Shown piece by piece: positions 17,870-24,929 of a DNA stretch of 32,000 bases (its first letter is position 1; every line of letters begins with the position of its first letter). A model generated the notes under the pieces. It saw nothing but the letters and a program-made list of their open reading frames with translations, had not been told where the DNA came from and ran no database searches. The stretch comes from Thermosulfurimonas dismutans. GTDB lineage: Bacteria > Desulfobacterota > Thermodesulfobacteria > Thermodesulfobacteriales > Thermodesulfobacteriaceae. Both the position numbers and the translations under genes were made by a program. The stretch lies in contig NZ_LWLG01000002.1 in the NCBI RefSeq assembly GCF_001652585.1, positions 120,001 through 152,000 of the forward strand, written 5' to 3'.

Positions 17870-17876
17870 TTGTCAA
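17848..17876 (-). promoter_or_regulatory. Candidate sigma70-type promoter of the porin-modABC operon (-35 TTGACA, 17-nt spacer, -10 TATCCT)
   Basis: On the minus strand, TTGACA (17876-17871), N17, TATCCT (17853-17848). The -10 lies in the centre of the palindrome. Confidence 0.4.
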
Positions 17877-17951
17877 TCCCCTTTATGTTGGATGTTTTAT
17901 TGCCCAGCGACTATGTCACCCCGTCTCTCCAAACAACGCTACCTACGCCTC

Positions 17952-17979
17952 AAAAAAGTTCGGAACTGAAACACCGAAG
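17952..17979 (-). terminator. Weak intrinsic-terminator-like hairpin downstream of modE
   Basis: Minus strand TTCGG-tgtttcagtt-CCGAA followed by CTTTTTTG. The stem is only 5 bp. Confidence 0.3.
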
Positions 17980-18079
17980 AAAATATCCAGCTAAGTCGTG
18001 AAATCCTACCGAAGGTCTCCTCCAAAAACCAGACTTGTTGGCCCTAGACGATACCTTTGGAAGGACTTTATGCCAAAAA

Positions 18080-18439
18080 TTATTTAAGACTCTCGAATTT
18101 TTTACGGATTTTCTCAGTTTCTTGTTCTAGAAATTCTTGGAAGTGGGCCTCCAGGTCTTCAAACATCTCCAAAATGGCCTTTCCCGCGGGAGTAAGCCGG
18201 GCCCCACCGCCACCTGCTCCTCCGACGGTGGTACTTACCAGGAGGACTGGCGATTCCCGGTTTAGAGACTCTACAAGTCTCCAGGCCCGCCGATAAGACA
18301 TCCCCAGGGCCTTGGCCGCCGCCCTTATAGATCCCAAATCTTCTATCTTTTGCAACAGAGATATCCTCCCCGGGCCTAGAAAAGGGGCTCCATTTTCCTT
18401 AGCCACCCAGATACGGCCTCTTACCTTATAGTCCGACAT
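18080..18439 (-). CDS. modE: ModE-like transcriptional regulator, N-terminal winged-HTH DNA-binding domain only (no Mop/molbindin domains)
   Basis: GRISLLQKIEDLGSIRAAAKALGMSYRRAWRLVESLN...GGAGGGGARLTPAG parallels E. coli ModE residues ~20-110. ATG at 18439 (MSDYKVRGRIWV) is preferred over TTG at 18502. About 119 aa, versus ~260 aa for full-length ModE. Confidence 0.8.
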   Translation of the reverse strand: MSDYKVRGRIWVAKENGAPFLGPGRISLLQKIEDLGSIRAAAKALGMSYRRAWRLVESLNRESPVLLVSTTVGGAGGGGARLTPAGKAILEMFEDLEAHFQEFLEQETEKIRKKFESLK

Positions 18440-18709
18440 AAGTTGCTCTAAGGCACAAAAAACTTTTTCCAATAAGTATTCCCTGACTGAAACAGCCCGC
18501 AATTAGCGATTCTGATCCTCACCCCACCATGCTCGTTAGTACCACGACCACCCGGCAGCCTGGGTCTTCGTCTCGCATCATAGTCAATAAAACCAATCAA
18601 AGCAAATTTTGACTGATCATCAGGTCACAACCCGGCTACCCAGCAACGCCTTCCGTCACCACTTGTTCGAAGGGTCAACCCCGTAGTCTTTCATGAGATA
18701 GCACTCTCC

Positions 18710-18739
18710 TTGACAAAAGAAAATCCTTTAAGCTAGGCT
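18710..18739 (+). promoter_or_regulatory. Candidate sigma70-type promoter for the EF-G-paralogue/mog/selD operon
   Basis: TTGACA (18710-18715), N18, TAGGCT (18734-18739). SD GAGGGAGG at 18751-18758, 6 nt before the ATG at 18765. Confidence 0.35.
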
Positions 18740-18764
18740 CTTAAAAAAGAGAGGGAGGCGGACC

Positions 18765-20780
18765 ATGGGGGGGAAAGGTCTCCGTACTTTTGTCCTTTTG
18801 GGACAAAGTGGAGCAGGCAAAACAGAACTGGTTAAAACCATGCTTTCTTTGGCCGGAGAAGAAGTCAATGGCTTGAAAGAAGGCCCTACCATTTCAGCCA
18901 AGGCCTATCACCTAAAATGGCAAAATCTCACCTATTATCTTATTGATACCCCTGGAGACGATAATTTTTTGGGAGACACTAAGCTTTGTACCTGGGCGGC
19001 GGATCTAGCTATTCTGGTAGCAGACGCCACTTCCCCGGTAAAAGTTCAGTTGGAAAAAGTCTATGCCGCCGCCAAGGAACTAGGACTTCCTACCCTCATT
19101 TTCGTAAACAAACTGGATCAGGAAAAGGCCAACCTAGAGGATACCCTCTGTGACCTACAGGAAAAACTCGAAATCTGTTCGGTGCCCATCGCCTATCCCC
19201 TAGGAGAAGAAAAAAATCTAAAAGGCGTTATAGATCTTTTGAAACTCAAAGCCTACATCCCCAAAGACAAAAAGGTTCGCGTGGAAAAACTCCCGGAGGA
19301 TCTGGTAGCTCTCGCCGAAGGCCTGCGAAAGAACATGGTGGAGTTTGCGGCTGAGGGGGAGGATGAGCTTCTGGAAAAGTATCTTGAAGAGGAGCATCTT
19401 GAACCGGAAGAGATCATGCGAGGGCTGAAGAAGGGCGTGCTCTCCGGGAAAATCTCTCCGGTTTGTGTCGGGGCAGTGACCAGGCTCATCGGGGTAGCCA
19501 GGTTGCTTGATGCCGTTGCCGAGCTGGGTCCCTCTCCGGATGAACGCGGCCTCTGGTTGGCCGAAACCCAGGAAGGCACCGCGGATATCGAACCCCGTTC
19601 GGAGGCTCCCCCGGTGGTCATCATCTATAAAACCCTTATAGACCCTTATGCTGGAAGACTCTCGTTCGGTCGTGTGATCTCTGGAAAACTTTCTAAGGAA
19701 GGGAGTCTTTATAACTCCCAAAAAGGAATTCTTGAAAAATACGCCCATCTCTCGGTGGCCCAAGGGGAAGAGCTTTCCGAAATCGGAGAGGCCCTGCCCG
19801 GAGCCCTGGTAGTCTTTCCCAAGCTTTCTGAAACCCAGACTGGAGACACCCTCTCCGATGAGGCCTTAAAAGTCCGAATTCCTCCTCCCGAACTTCCACA
19901 CCCGGTAATCACGTACGCCCTTCATCCCGAGACTCGAACGGATGAGGATAAGATCGGCCCGGCCCTAAACAAGCTCAAGGAGGAAGATCCCACCCTGAGG
20001 ATCTCCCGGGATGACGAGACCCGAGAGATCCTCATCTCGGGTCTCGGGCAGATCCACATCGAAAAATCCGTGGATAAACTACGGGAAAGATACGGAGTTA
20101 AAGCTCAGCTTGACCTTCCTAAAATACCCTATCGGGAAACTATCAAGAAACCGGCTCAGGCGGTAATCTATAGGCACAAAAAACAGACGGGGGGCCGGGG
20201 GCAGTTTGCAGAGGTCCATTTCCATGTCTTTCCGCTTCCCCGGGGTGAGGGTTTCGAATTTATGGAGACTCTCACGGGGATGAATGTGCCTCGAAATTTT
20301 GTGCCCGCGGTGGAAAAGGGCGTACGGGAGGCCATGGAAAAGGGCCCCCTTGCGGGATACCCGGTGGTGGATGTAAAAATACAGTTCTATGATGGCAAAT
20401 CCCATGAGGTGGATTCTTCGGATATGGCCTTTAAGATTGCAGCTTTTCACTGCTTCAAAAAGGCCCTGGAGCAGTGTCAGCCCGTGCTTCTTGAGCCTGT
20501 GATGGAGCTTGAGATCGAGGTCCCGGAGGAGGTTATGGGAGACGTCATTGGAGATATCAATGCCCGTCGGGGACGGGTCCTGGGAATGGAGGCTAAAGGG
20601 AAAAGGCAACTCATAAAAGCCCAGGCCCCTATGGGCGAACTCCTGCGCTATGCCCTAGACCTCAATTCGCTTACGGGTGGACGGGGTACCTTTCGGGTGC
20701 GGTTTTCCCACTATGAAGAGGTGCCTCCTCCAATCGCTCAGAAAGTAATTGAAAAAGCTAGGAGTGCGAGAGAGTCATGA
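18765..20780 (+). CDS. Elongation factor G paralogue of the EF-G-2 / EFG-II type
   Basis: Five-domain EF-G layout: P-loop GQSGAGKT, DTPGDDNF, NKLD, HKKQTGGRGQFAEV, YDGKSHEVDSSDMAFKIAA, GDVIGDINARRGRVLGME, RFSHYEEVPPPIAQKVIE. It closely parallels the T. thermophilus EF-G-2 sequence as I recall it. The catalytic His of DTPGH is Asp, and switch I is shortened. Confidence 0.85.
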   Translation: MGGKGLRTFVLLGQSGAGKTELVKTMLSLAGEEVNGLKEGPTISAKAYHLKWQNLTYYLIDTPGDDNFLGDTKLCTWAADLAILVADATSPVKVQLEKVYAAAKELGLPTLIFVNKLDQEKANLEDTLCDLQEKLEICSVPIAYPLGEEKNLKGVIDLLKLKAYIPKDKKVRVEKLPEDLVALAEGLRKNMVEFAAEGEDELLEKYLEEEHLEPEEIMRGLKKGVLSGKISPVCVGAVTRLIGVARLLDAVAELGPSPDERGLWLAETQEGTADIEPRSEAPPVVIIYKTLIDPYAGRLSFGRVISGKLSKEGSLYNSQKGILEKYAHLSVAQGEELSEIGEALPGALVVFPKLSETQTGDTLSDEALKVRIPPPELPHPVITYALHPETRTDEDKIGPALNKLKEEDPTLRISRDDETREILISGLGQIHIEKSVDKLRERYGVKAQLDLPKIPYRETIKKPAQAVIYRHKKQTGGRGQFAEVHFHVFPLPRGEGFEFMETLTGMNVPRNFVPAVEKGVREAMEKGPLAGYPVVDVKIQFYDGKSHEVDSSDMAFKIAAFHCFKKALEQCQPVLLEPVMELEIEVPEEVMGDVIGDINARRGRVLGMEAKGKRQLIKAQAPMGELLRYALDLNSLTGGRGTFRVRFSHYEEVPPPIAQKVIEKARSARES

Positions 20781-21265
20781 AGGCCGGAGTCCTTACCATA
20801 AGCGATAAGGGTTCACGTGGCGAGCGGGAGGACCTTTCGGGAAAACTCCTGATCGAAATGCTTTCATCTGCAGGATTTGAGGTGTCTCGTTACCGGATAG
20901 TTCCGGATGAATACGAAGATATCCTAGTAACTCTCATTGACTGGGCGGATCGGGAGGGGTTGGATTTAATCCTTACCACCGGGGGTACCGGACTCTCTCC
21001 ACGGGACGTCACCCCTGAGGCTACCCGGGCGGCCATAGAACGTGAAGTCCCGGGGATAGCCGAGGCCATAAGGATTGGCGGTTTAAAATATACTCCCCAT
21101 GCCATGCTCTCACGAGGCCTTGCGGGTGTGCGGAAGGAAACTTTGATCATAAATCTGCCTGGAAGCCCCAAAGCGGTGGAAGAGGCCTGGGAGATAATTG
21201 CACCGATCCTGAAACATGCTATAGAGAAGGTCAAAGGTTCGGAGGCGGAATGTGCCCGAAGTTAA
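20777..21265 (+). CDS. mog: MogA/MoaB-family molybdopterin adenylyltransferase (Moco biosynthesis)
   Basis: VLTISDKGSRGEREDLSG...LILTTGGTGLSPRDVTPEAT MoCF_biosynth motifs. ATGA overlap with the upstream gene. Confidence 0.85.
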   Translation: MKAGVLTISDKGSRGEREDLSGKLLIEMLSSAGFEVSRYRIVPDEYEDILVTLIDWADREGLDLILTTGGTGLSPRDVTPEATRAAIEREVPGIAEAIRIGGLKYTPHAMLSRGLAGVRKETLIINLPGSPKAVEEAWEIIAPILKHAIEKVKGSEAECARS

Positions 21266-22298
21266 GCTCACCCGGATGGTCAAGGCCGCGGGCTGAGCGG
21301 CCAAGCTTCCGCCGGCGGAGCTGGCTGAAATCCTCTCAGGTCTTAAACTTCCACAAGTTCCAGGTCTTCTTCTCGGAATTGAACACGGCTCAGACGCGGC
21401 TGTTTACCGTTTAACGGACGAACTGGCCCTGGTGGTAAGCGTAGACTTCTTCACCCCCATCGTGGATGATCCCTATCTTTTTGGACAAATCGCAGCCACT
21501 AACGCCCTCTCCGACCTTTATGCCTTGGGCGCTCGCCCCATTCTAGCCTTAAACATTGTGGGGTTTCCTAAAAAAGGGGTCGACCGAAAGATACTCCAGA
21601 AGATACTTCAGGGCGGCGCAGACAAGGTAGCCGAGGCCGGAGCGGCCATCGGAGGAGGCCATAGTGTTGATGATCCGGAGGTAAAGTATGGCCTTTGTGT
21701 GGTAGGCATAAGCCATCCCAAAAAATTCGTGACCAACGCCGGAGCAAAACCTGGCGATCGCCTGATACTCACAAAACCCCTGGGTACCGGCATCCTTTCT
21801 ACGGCCTTAAAAGGCGGATTGCTGAGTACTGAAGATCCCGCCTATCAGAAGATGCTAGAAACCATGCTAAAGCTCAACCGTTCCGCCTCGGAAGCCATGA
21901 TGGAAATCGGGGTACATGCGGCCACCGATATAACCGGATTTGGACTTTTGGGACACGCCCTGGAAATGGCTGAAGCCAGCAAGGTCACCATAATCATTCA
22001 TTCTTCGCGGGTACCGCTACTACCCAAAACCATAGAATTTCTGAAGCTAGGTATGGCTCCGGAGGGAGATCTCGCCAACCAGATCTTCTGCGAAAAAAAG
22101 CTCAAAATCCACTCGGGAGTAGATTCCCTGAAACTTTCGGTCCTTTATGATGCCCAGACCTCGGGAGGGCTCCTCATTGCGGTATCCCAAGACAAGGCCG
22201 CAACCCTTTATGAGCGCCTCCTAGAAAAGGGTGTAGTGGAGGCCGCCTTTGTGGGAGAGGTTAAGGAGGGACCTCCCCGGATTGAAGTGTGGCCTTAA
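21252..22298 (+). CDS. selD: Selenide, water dikinase (selenophosphate synthetase), Sec-containing form; UGA at 21294-21296 read as selenocysteine
   Basis: Hand translation upstream of the track ORF, in the same frame: GTG(21252) [68 protein letters not shown]... This aligns with E. coli SelD [24 protein letters not shown], placing UGA at the Cys17 position with the Lys three residues later. GGAGG SD lies 6 nt upstream. The total of 348 codons is a typical SelD length. Confidence 0.85.
21298..21327 (+). promoter_or_regulatory. Candidate bacterial SECIS hairpin for the selD UGA
   Basis: Hand fold: C98-G27, G99-U26, G00-C25, C01-G24, C02-G23, bulge A03, A04-U22, G05-C21, C06-G20, U07-A19, bulge U08, C09-G18, C10-G17, loop GCCGGC (numbers are the last two digits of 212xx/213xx coordinates). 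It starts 2 nt after the UGA. Confidence 0.45.
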
Positions 22299-22304
22299 AA
22301 CGTG

Positions 22305-22790
22305 TTATTCTTCCAGATACTCCCTGATTTTCTTTTCCAGATACTTTCTCCCCGTGTAACCCAAAAGACGCTTTACCACCACTCCTTCTTTATTGATGAT
22401 AAAAGTGGTGGGGGTAATGGGAGGATCCCCAAAGGCCTTGAGCACCTTTTCGGTGGCCACACCCACAGGATAGGTTATACCTTTAGCCTCCACAATTTGA
22501 GGAAGAAGGGCTTGACCCTCCTCGTCCACCATAAGACTCACCACTACCAAGCCATCGTCCTGATATTTTTTGTAAAGTTTGGCTAGTTCCTTGAGCTCCA
22601 CCATACAGGGAGGACAATAACTGGCAAAAAAGTTCACCAGCACCACCTTGCCTTTGAAATCCGAAAAATAATAGGTTTTACCATCCAGAGTAGAAAAGGA
22701 GACTTCTGGAGCCTTGGCTGGAGAGGAAAAGGCCATACTAAGCATAGACAGTACGAGTAACACCATGGAAAGAAATTTCTTCCTCATCAC
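22305..22790 (-). CDS. Exported TlpA/ResA-like thioredoxin-fold thiol:disulfide oxidoreductase
   Basis: Signal peptide MMRKKFLSMVLLVLSMLSMAFSSPAKA. Redox motif FFASYCPPCMVELKEL. Confidence 0.8.
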   Translation of the reverse strand: MMRKKFLSMVLLVLSMLSMAFSSPAKAPEVSFSTLDGKTYYFSDFKGKVVLVNFFASYCPPCMVELKELAKLYKKYQDDGLVVVSLMVDEEGQALLPQIVEAKGITYPVGVATEKVLKAFGDPPITPTTFIINKEGVVVKRLLGYTGRKYLEKKIREYLEE

Positions 22791-23507
22791 CTAGACCTCC
22801 TCTTCAAGCTCTTTGGCCAAAAGTATAATCTTTTCAGCTAATCTTTCAGCTAAAATCTGGCCCTTTTCAGGAGAAGCCTTACCAGGATCACCCCATACCC
22901 CTCCAGGCCAATATCTTTTCTTATTCCTCACCACCTGAAATTTAGGAAACTTCGGATATTCAGCTTTGCCCTTACCTTTTACCAGTTCGGGATAAAAATA
23001 TTGTATCATGGAGGTCTCCCACTCACCAGCATGCGAGTCATCAGGAGTTTCAATGAGATCAAGGGCGCAATCTTTGATAAGATCGATAATGGAGGCCACT
23101 ACCATAACCACATCGTCTTTAAGGCCCTGAAATTCCTCAGCAGCATCCAGAATAAAGGCCATGTGAGTGCCACCGGCGTGGCCAGAAAGCAACAAAAACT
23201 TCTTGAACCCCTGACGGTAAAAGGCCGAAAGGATATCCAGCGTGAGGGCCCGCAGGACGGTCCCACGAATGGAGATAGTCCCTGGATGGTCGGCGGTGCT
23301 GCGACAGAGGCCATAATAGACAGGAGGAGCCACCAGGAGGGGAATCTCTCGCGAGGCCATCTCCGCTACTCGATAGATGGTATAGACGTCGGTGGCCAGA
23401 GGCAAATGCGGCCCATGCTCTTCCACCGAGCCAAAGGGAATGAGGACCGGTATTTCTTTATGAGCCAGGGCCTCTACTTCGTGAAGGGTAAGCCTTTCCA
23501 TCAACAT
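22791..23507 (-). CDS. Creatininase-family amidohydrolase (substrate unknown)
   Basis: LIPFGSVEEHGPHLPLATD and SGHAGG motifs of the creatininase/ArfB/MftE family. ATG at 23507 (MLMERLTL) is preferred over the track start at 23543. Confidence 0.75.
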   Translation of the reverse strand: MLMERLTLHEVEALAHKEIPVLIPFGSVEEHGPHLPLATDVYTIYRVAEMASREIPLLVAPPVYYGLCRSTADHPGTISIRGTVLRALTLDILSAFYRQGFKKFLLLSGHAGGTHMAFILDAAEEFQGLKDDVVMVVASIIDLIKDCALDLIETPDDSHAGEWETSMIQYFYPELVKGKGKAEYPKFPKFQVVRNKKRYWPGGVWGDPGKASPEKGQILAERLAEKIILLAKELEEEV

Positions 23508-23575
23508 GACCTTTAATTTAGGCCTAGAGAGGGCACCCTGCAAGTTTCGAGTTTTAGGATTAAAATTAAAAGGCC

Positions 23576-24919
23576 ATGAGGCAGAGGAAGGTTTTCATCA
23601 AGACTTTTGGTTGCCAGATGAACGAATACGACTCCGAGCGTATGTTGGCGCTCGTAGGGGAGAAGTATAAGCCCTGCGAGACGCCGGAGGAAGCCGATCT
23701 GATCCTGGTCAATACCTGTTCGGTAAGGGCCAAAGCCGAGGCCAAGGTCTATAGTTTCGTGGGTCGTTTTAAACACCTCAAGAAAAAAAAGTCTGACCTG
23801 GTGATCGGGGTCACCGGCTGTGTGGCTCAGCAGGAAGGCGAAAGGATCGTCAAACGCCTTCCTCATGTGGACCTGGTGCTTGGCCCCCAGAATATCTATC
23901 GACTCCCCGAGGCCCTAGAGAAGATCCTTCAAGGGCAGGGACCGGTAGTTCTTACGGAGATGCGGAAAGACTTCAAACCCCCGCTGGTGCTTGCCGGACC
24001 GGATGGGAGCCGGCCGGTTAAGGCCCAGGTCACCATTATGCAGGGCTGCGACAATTTCTGTTCTTACTGTGTGGTGCCTTACGTGAGGGGGAGGGAGGTA
24101 AGCCGCCCCCCGGAGGACATTCTGCGAGAAATAGAATGTCTAGTCTCTCAAGGGGTACGGGAAGTTACCCTTCTGGGCCAAAACGTAAATTCTTACGGAA
24201 AAAAAGAAAGGGGATATCCTACCTTTGCAGAACTCATCCGGCTGATAGCCGAAATCCCAGAGCTCTGGCGCATACGTTTTACCACTAGTCATCCCAAGGA
24301 TCTGGAAGAAGACCTCATGCGGGCCTTTTCAGAGGTGGAAAAATTGTGTGAACACTTGCATCTTCCGGTCCAATCAGGATCAAGTCGCATCTTAAAACTT
24401 ATGAACCGGGGCTATACCCGGGAGGAATATCTAGAAAAAGTGAAAAAATTGCGGGAAATTTGCCCCGAAATCGCCCTCACCACCGATATTATTGTGGGCT
24501 TTCCGGGAGAAACGGAGGAAGATTTCAAGGCCACCCTTTCTCTTCTTGAGGAAGTCCGGTTTGACGAGATTTTTTCCTTCAAATATTCGGATCGGCCTTA
24601 TGCCAGGGCCCGTGAGTTTTCGGACAAGGTTCCAGAGGAAGTAAAAGCCGAAAGACTGACCCGTGTTCACGAGCTTCAGGCTCGTATCACGGAGGAGATC
24701 AATCGCTCCTACATTGGCCAGAAAGTAGAAGTCCTGGTGGAAGGACCCAGCGAGACCCGGCCCGAATTATTTACCGGCCGCACTCGCAGCAACCACGTGG
24801 TCAATTTCTTGGCTCCGGAAGGACTGGATTTGAAAGGGGCCCTGGTTTATGTTTTGATTAAAGATGCAGGGAAACATTCTCTTCGCGGAGAGTATCTGGA
24901 CACTATCAAGGGCCCGTAA
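23576..24919 (+). CDS. miaB: tRNA-i6A37 methylthiotransferase (radical SAM)
   Basis: FIKTFGCQMNEYDSE N-terminal domain, radical-SAM CDNFCSYCVVP, C-terminal TRAM domain. Confidence 0.92.
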   Translation: MRQRKVFIKTFGCQMNEYDSERMLALVGEKYKPCETPEEADLILVNTCSVRAKAEAKVYSFVGRFKHLKKKKSDLVIGVTGCVAQQEGERIVKRLPHVDLVLGPQNIYRLPEALEKILQGQGPVVLTEMRKDFKPPLVLAGPDGSRPVKAQVTIMQGCDNFCSYCVVPYVRGREVSRPPEDILREIECLVSQGVREVTLLGQNVNSYGKKERGYPTFAELIRLIAEIPELWRIRFTTSHPKDLEEDLMRAFSEVEKLCEHLHLPVQSGSSRILKLMNRGYTREEYLEKVKKLREICPEIALTTDIIVGFPGETEEDFKATLSLLEEVRFDEIFSFKYSDRPYARAREFSDKVPEEVKAERLTRVHELQARITEEINRSYIGQKVEVLVEGPSETRPELFTGRTRSNHVVNFLAPEGLDLKGALVYVLIKDAGKHSLRGEYLDTIKGP

Positions 24920-24929
24920 GGAGGCCGCT

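Noticed and set aside
18665-18671. GTTCGAA (T-loop-like) string suggesting a tRNA or tRNA fragment
   Set aside because: There are no flanking complementary T-stem, acceptor or anticodon arms. It is an isolated heptamer.
15965-18764. Molybdenum-cofactor (Moco) riboswitch upstream of modA, the porin, modE or the mog operon
   Set aside because: The context is attractive, but I could not recognise the conserved Moco-motif core or a convincing multi-stem architecture by eye. I am not claiming it; it needs cmsearch with RF01055.
18765-20780. EF-G-like gene as the Sec-specific elongation factor SelB (given the adjacency to selD)
   Set aside because: The architecture and motifs are EF-G (domains III-V, the HKKQTGGRGQF domain-IV loop, RFSHYEEVP C-terminus). 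It does not have the EF-Tu-like core plus winged-helix SECIS-binding extension of SelB.
21432-22298. selD as an N-terminally truncated gene or pseudogene, with a 166-bp non-coding gap after mog
   Set aside because: The upstream region is open in the same frame except for a single TGA. That TGA sits exactly at the catalytic Cys/Sec position of a well-aligned SelD N-terminus, and an SD plus GTG start lies at 21252. Sec recoding is the better explanation.
24864-24929. Longer N-terminus for the BFN protein (track start 24864)
   Set aside because: It overlaps the miaB 3' end by 56 nt and adds non-conserved residues. The ATG at 24930 has a strong AAGGAGG SD and begins the conserved domain.
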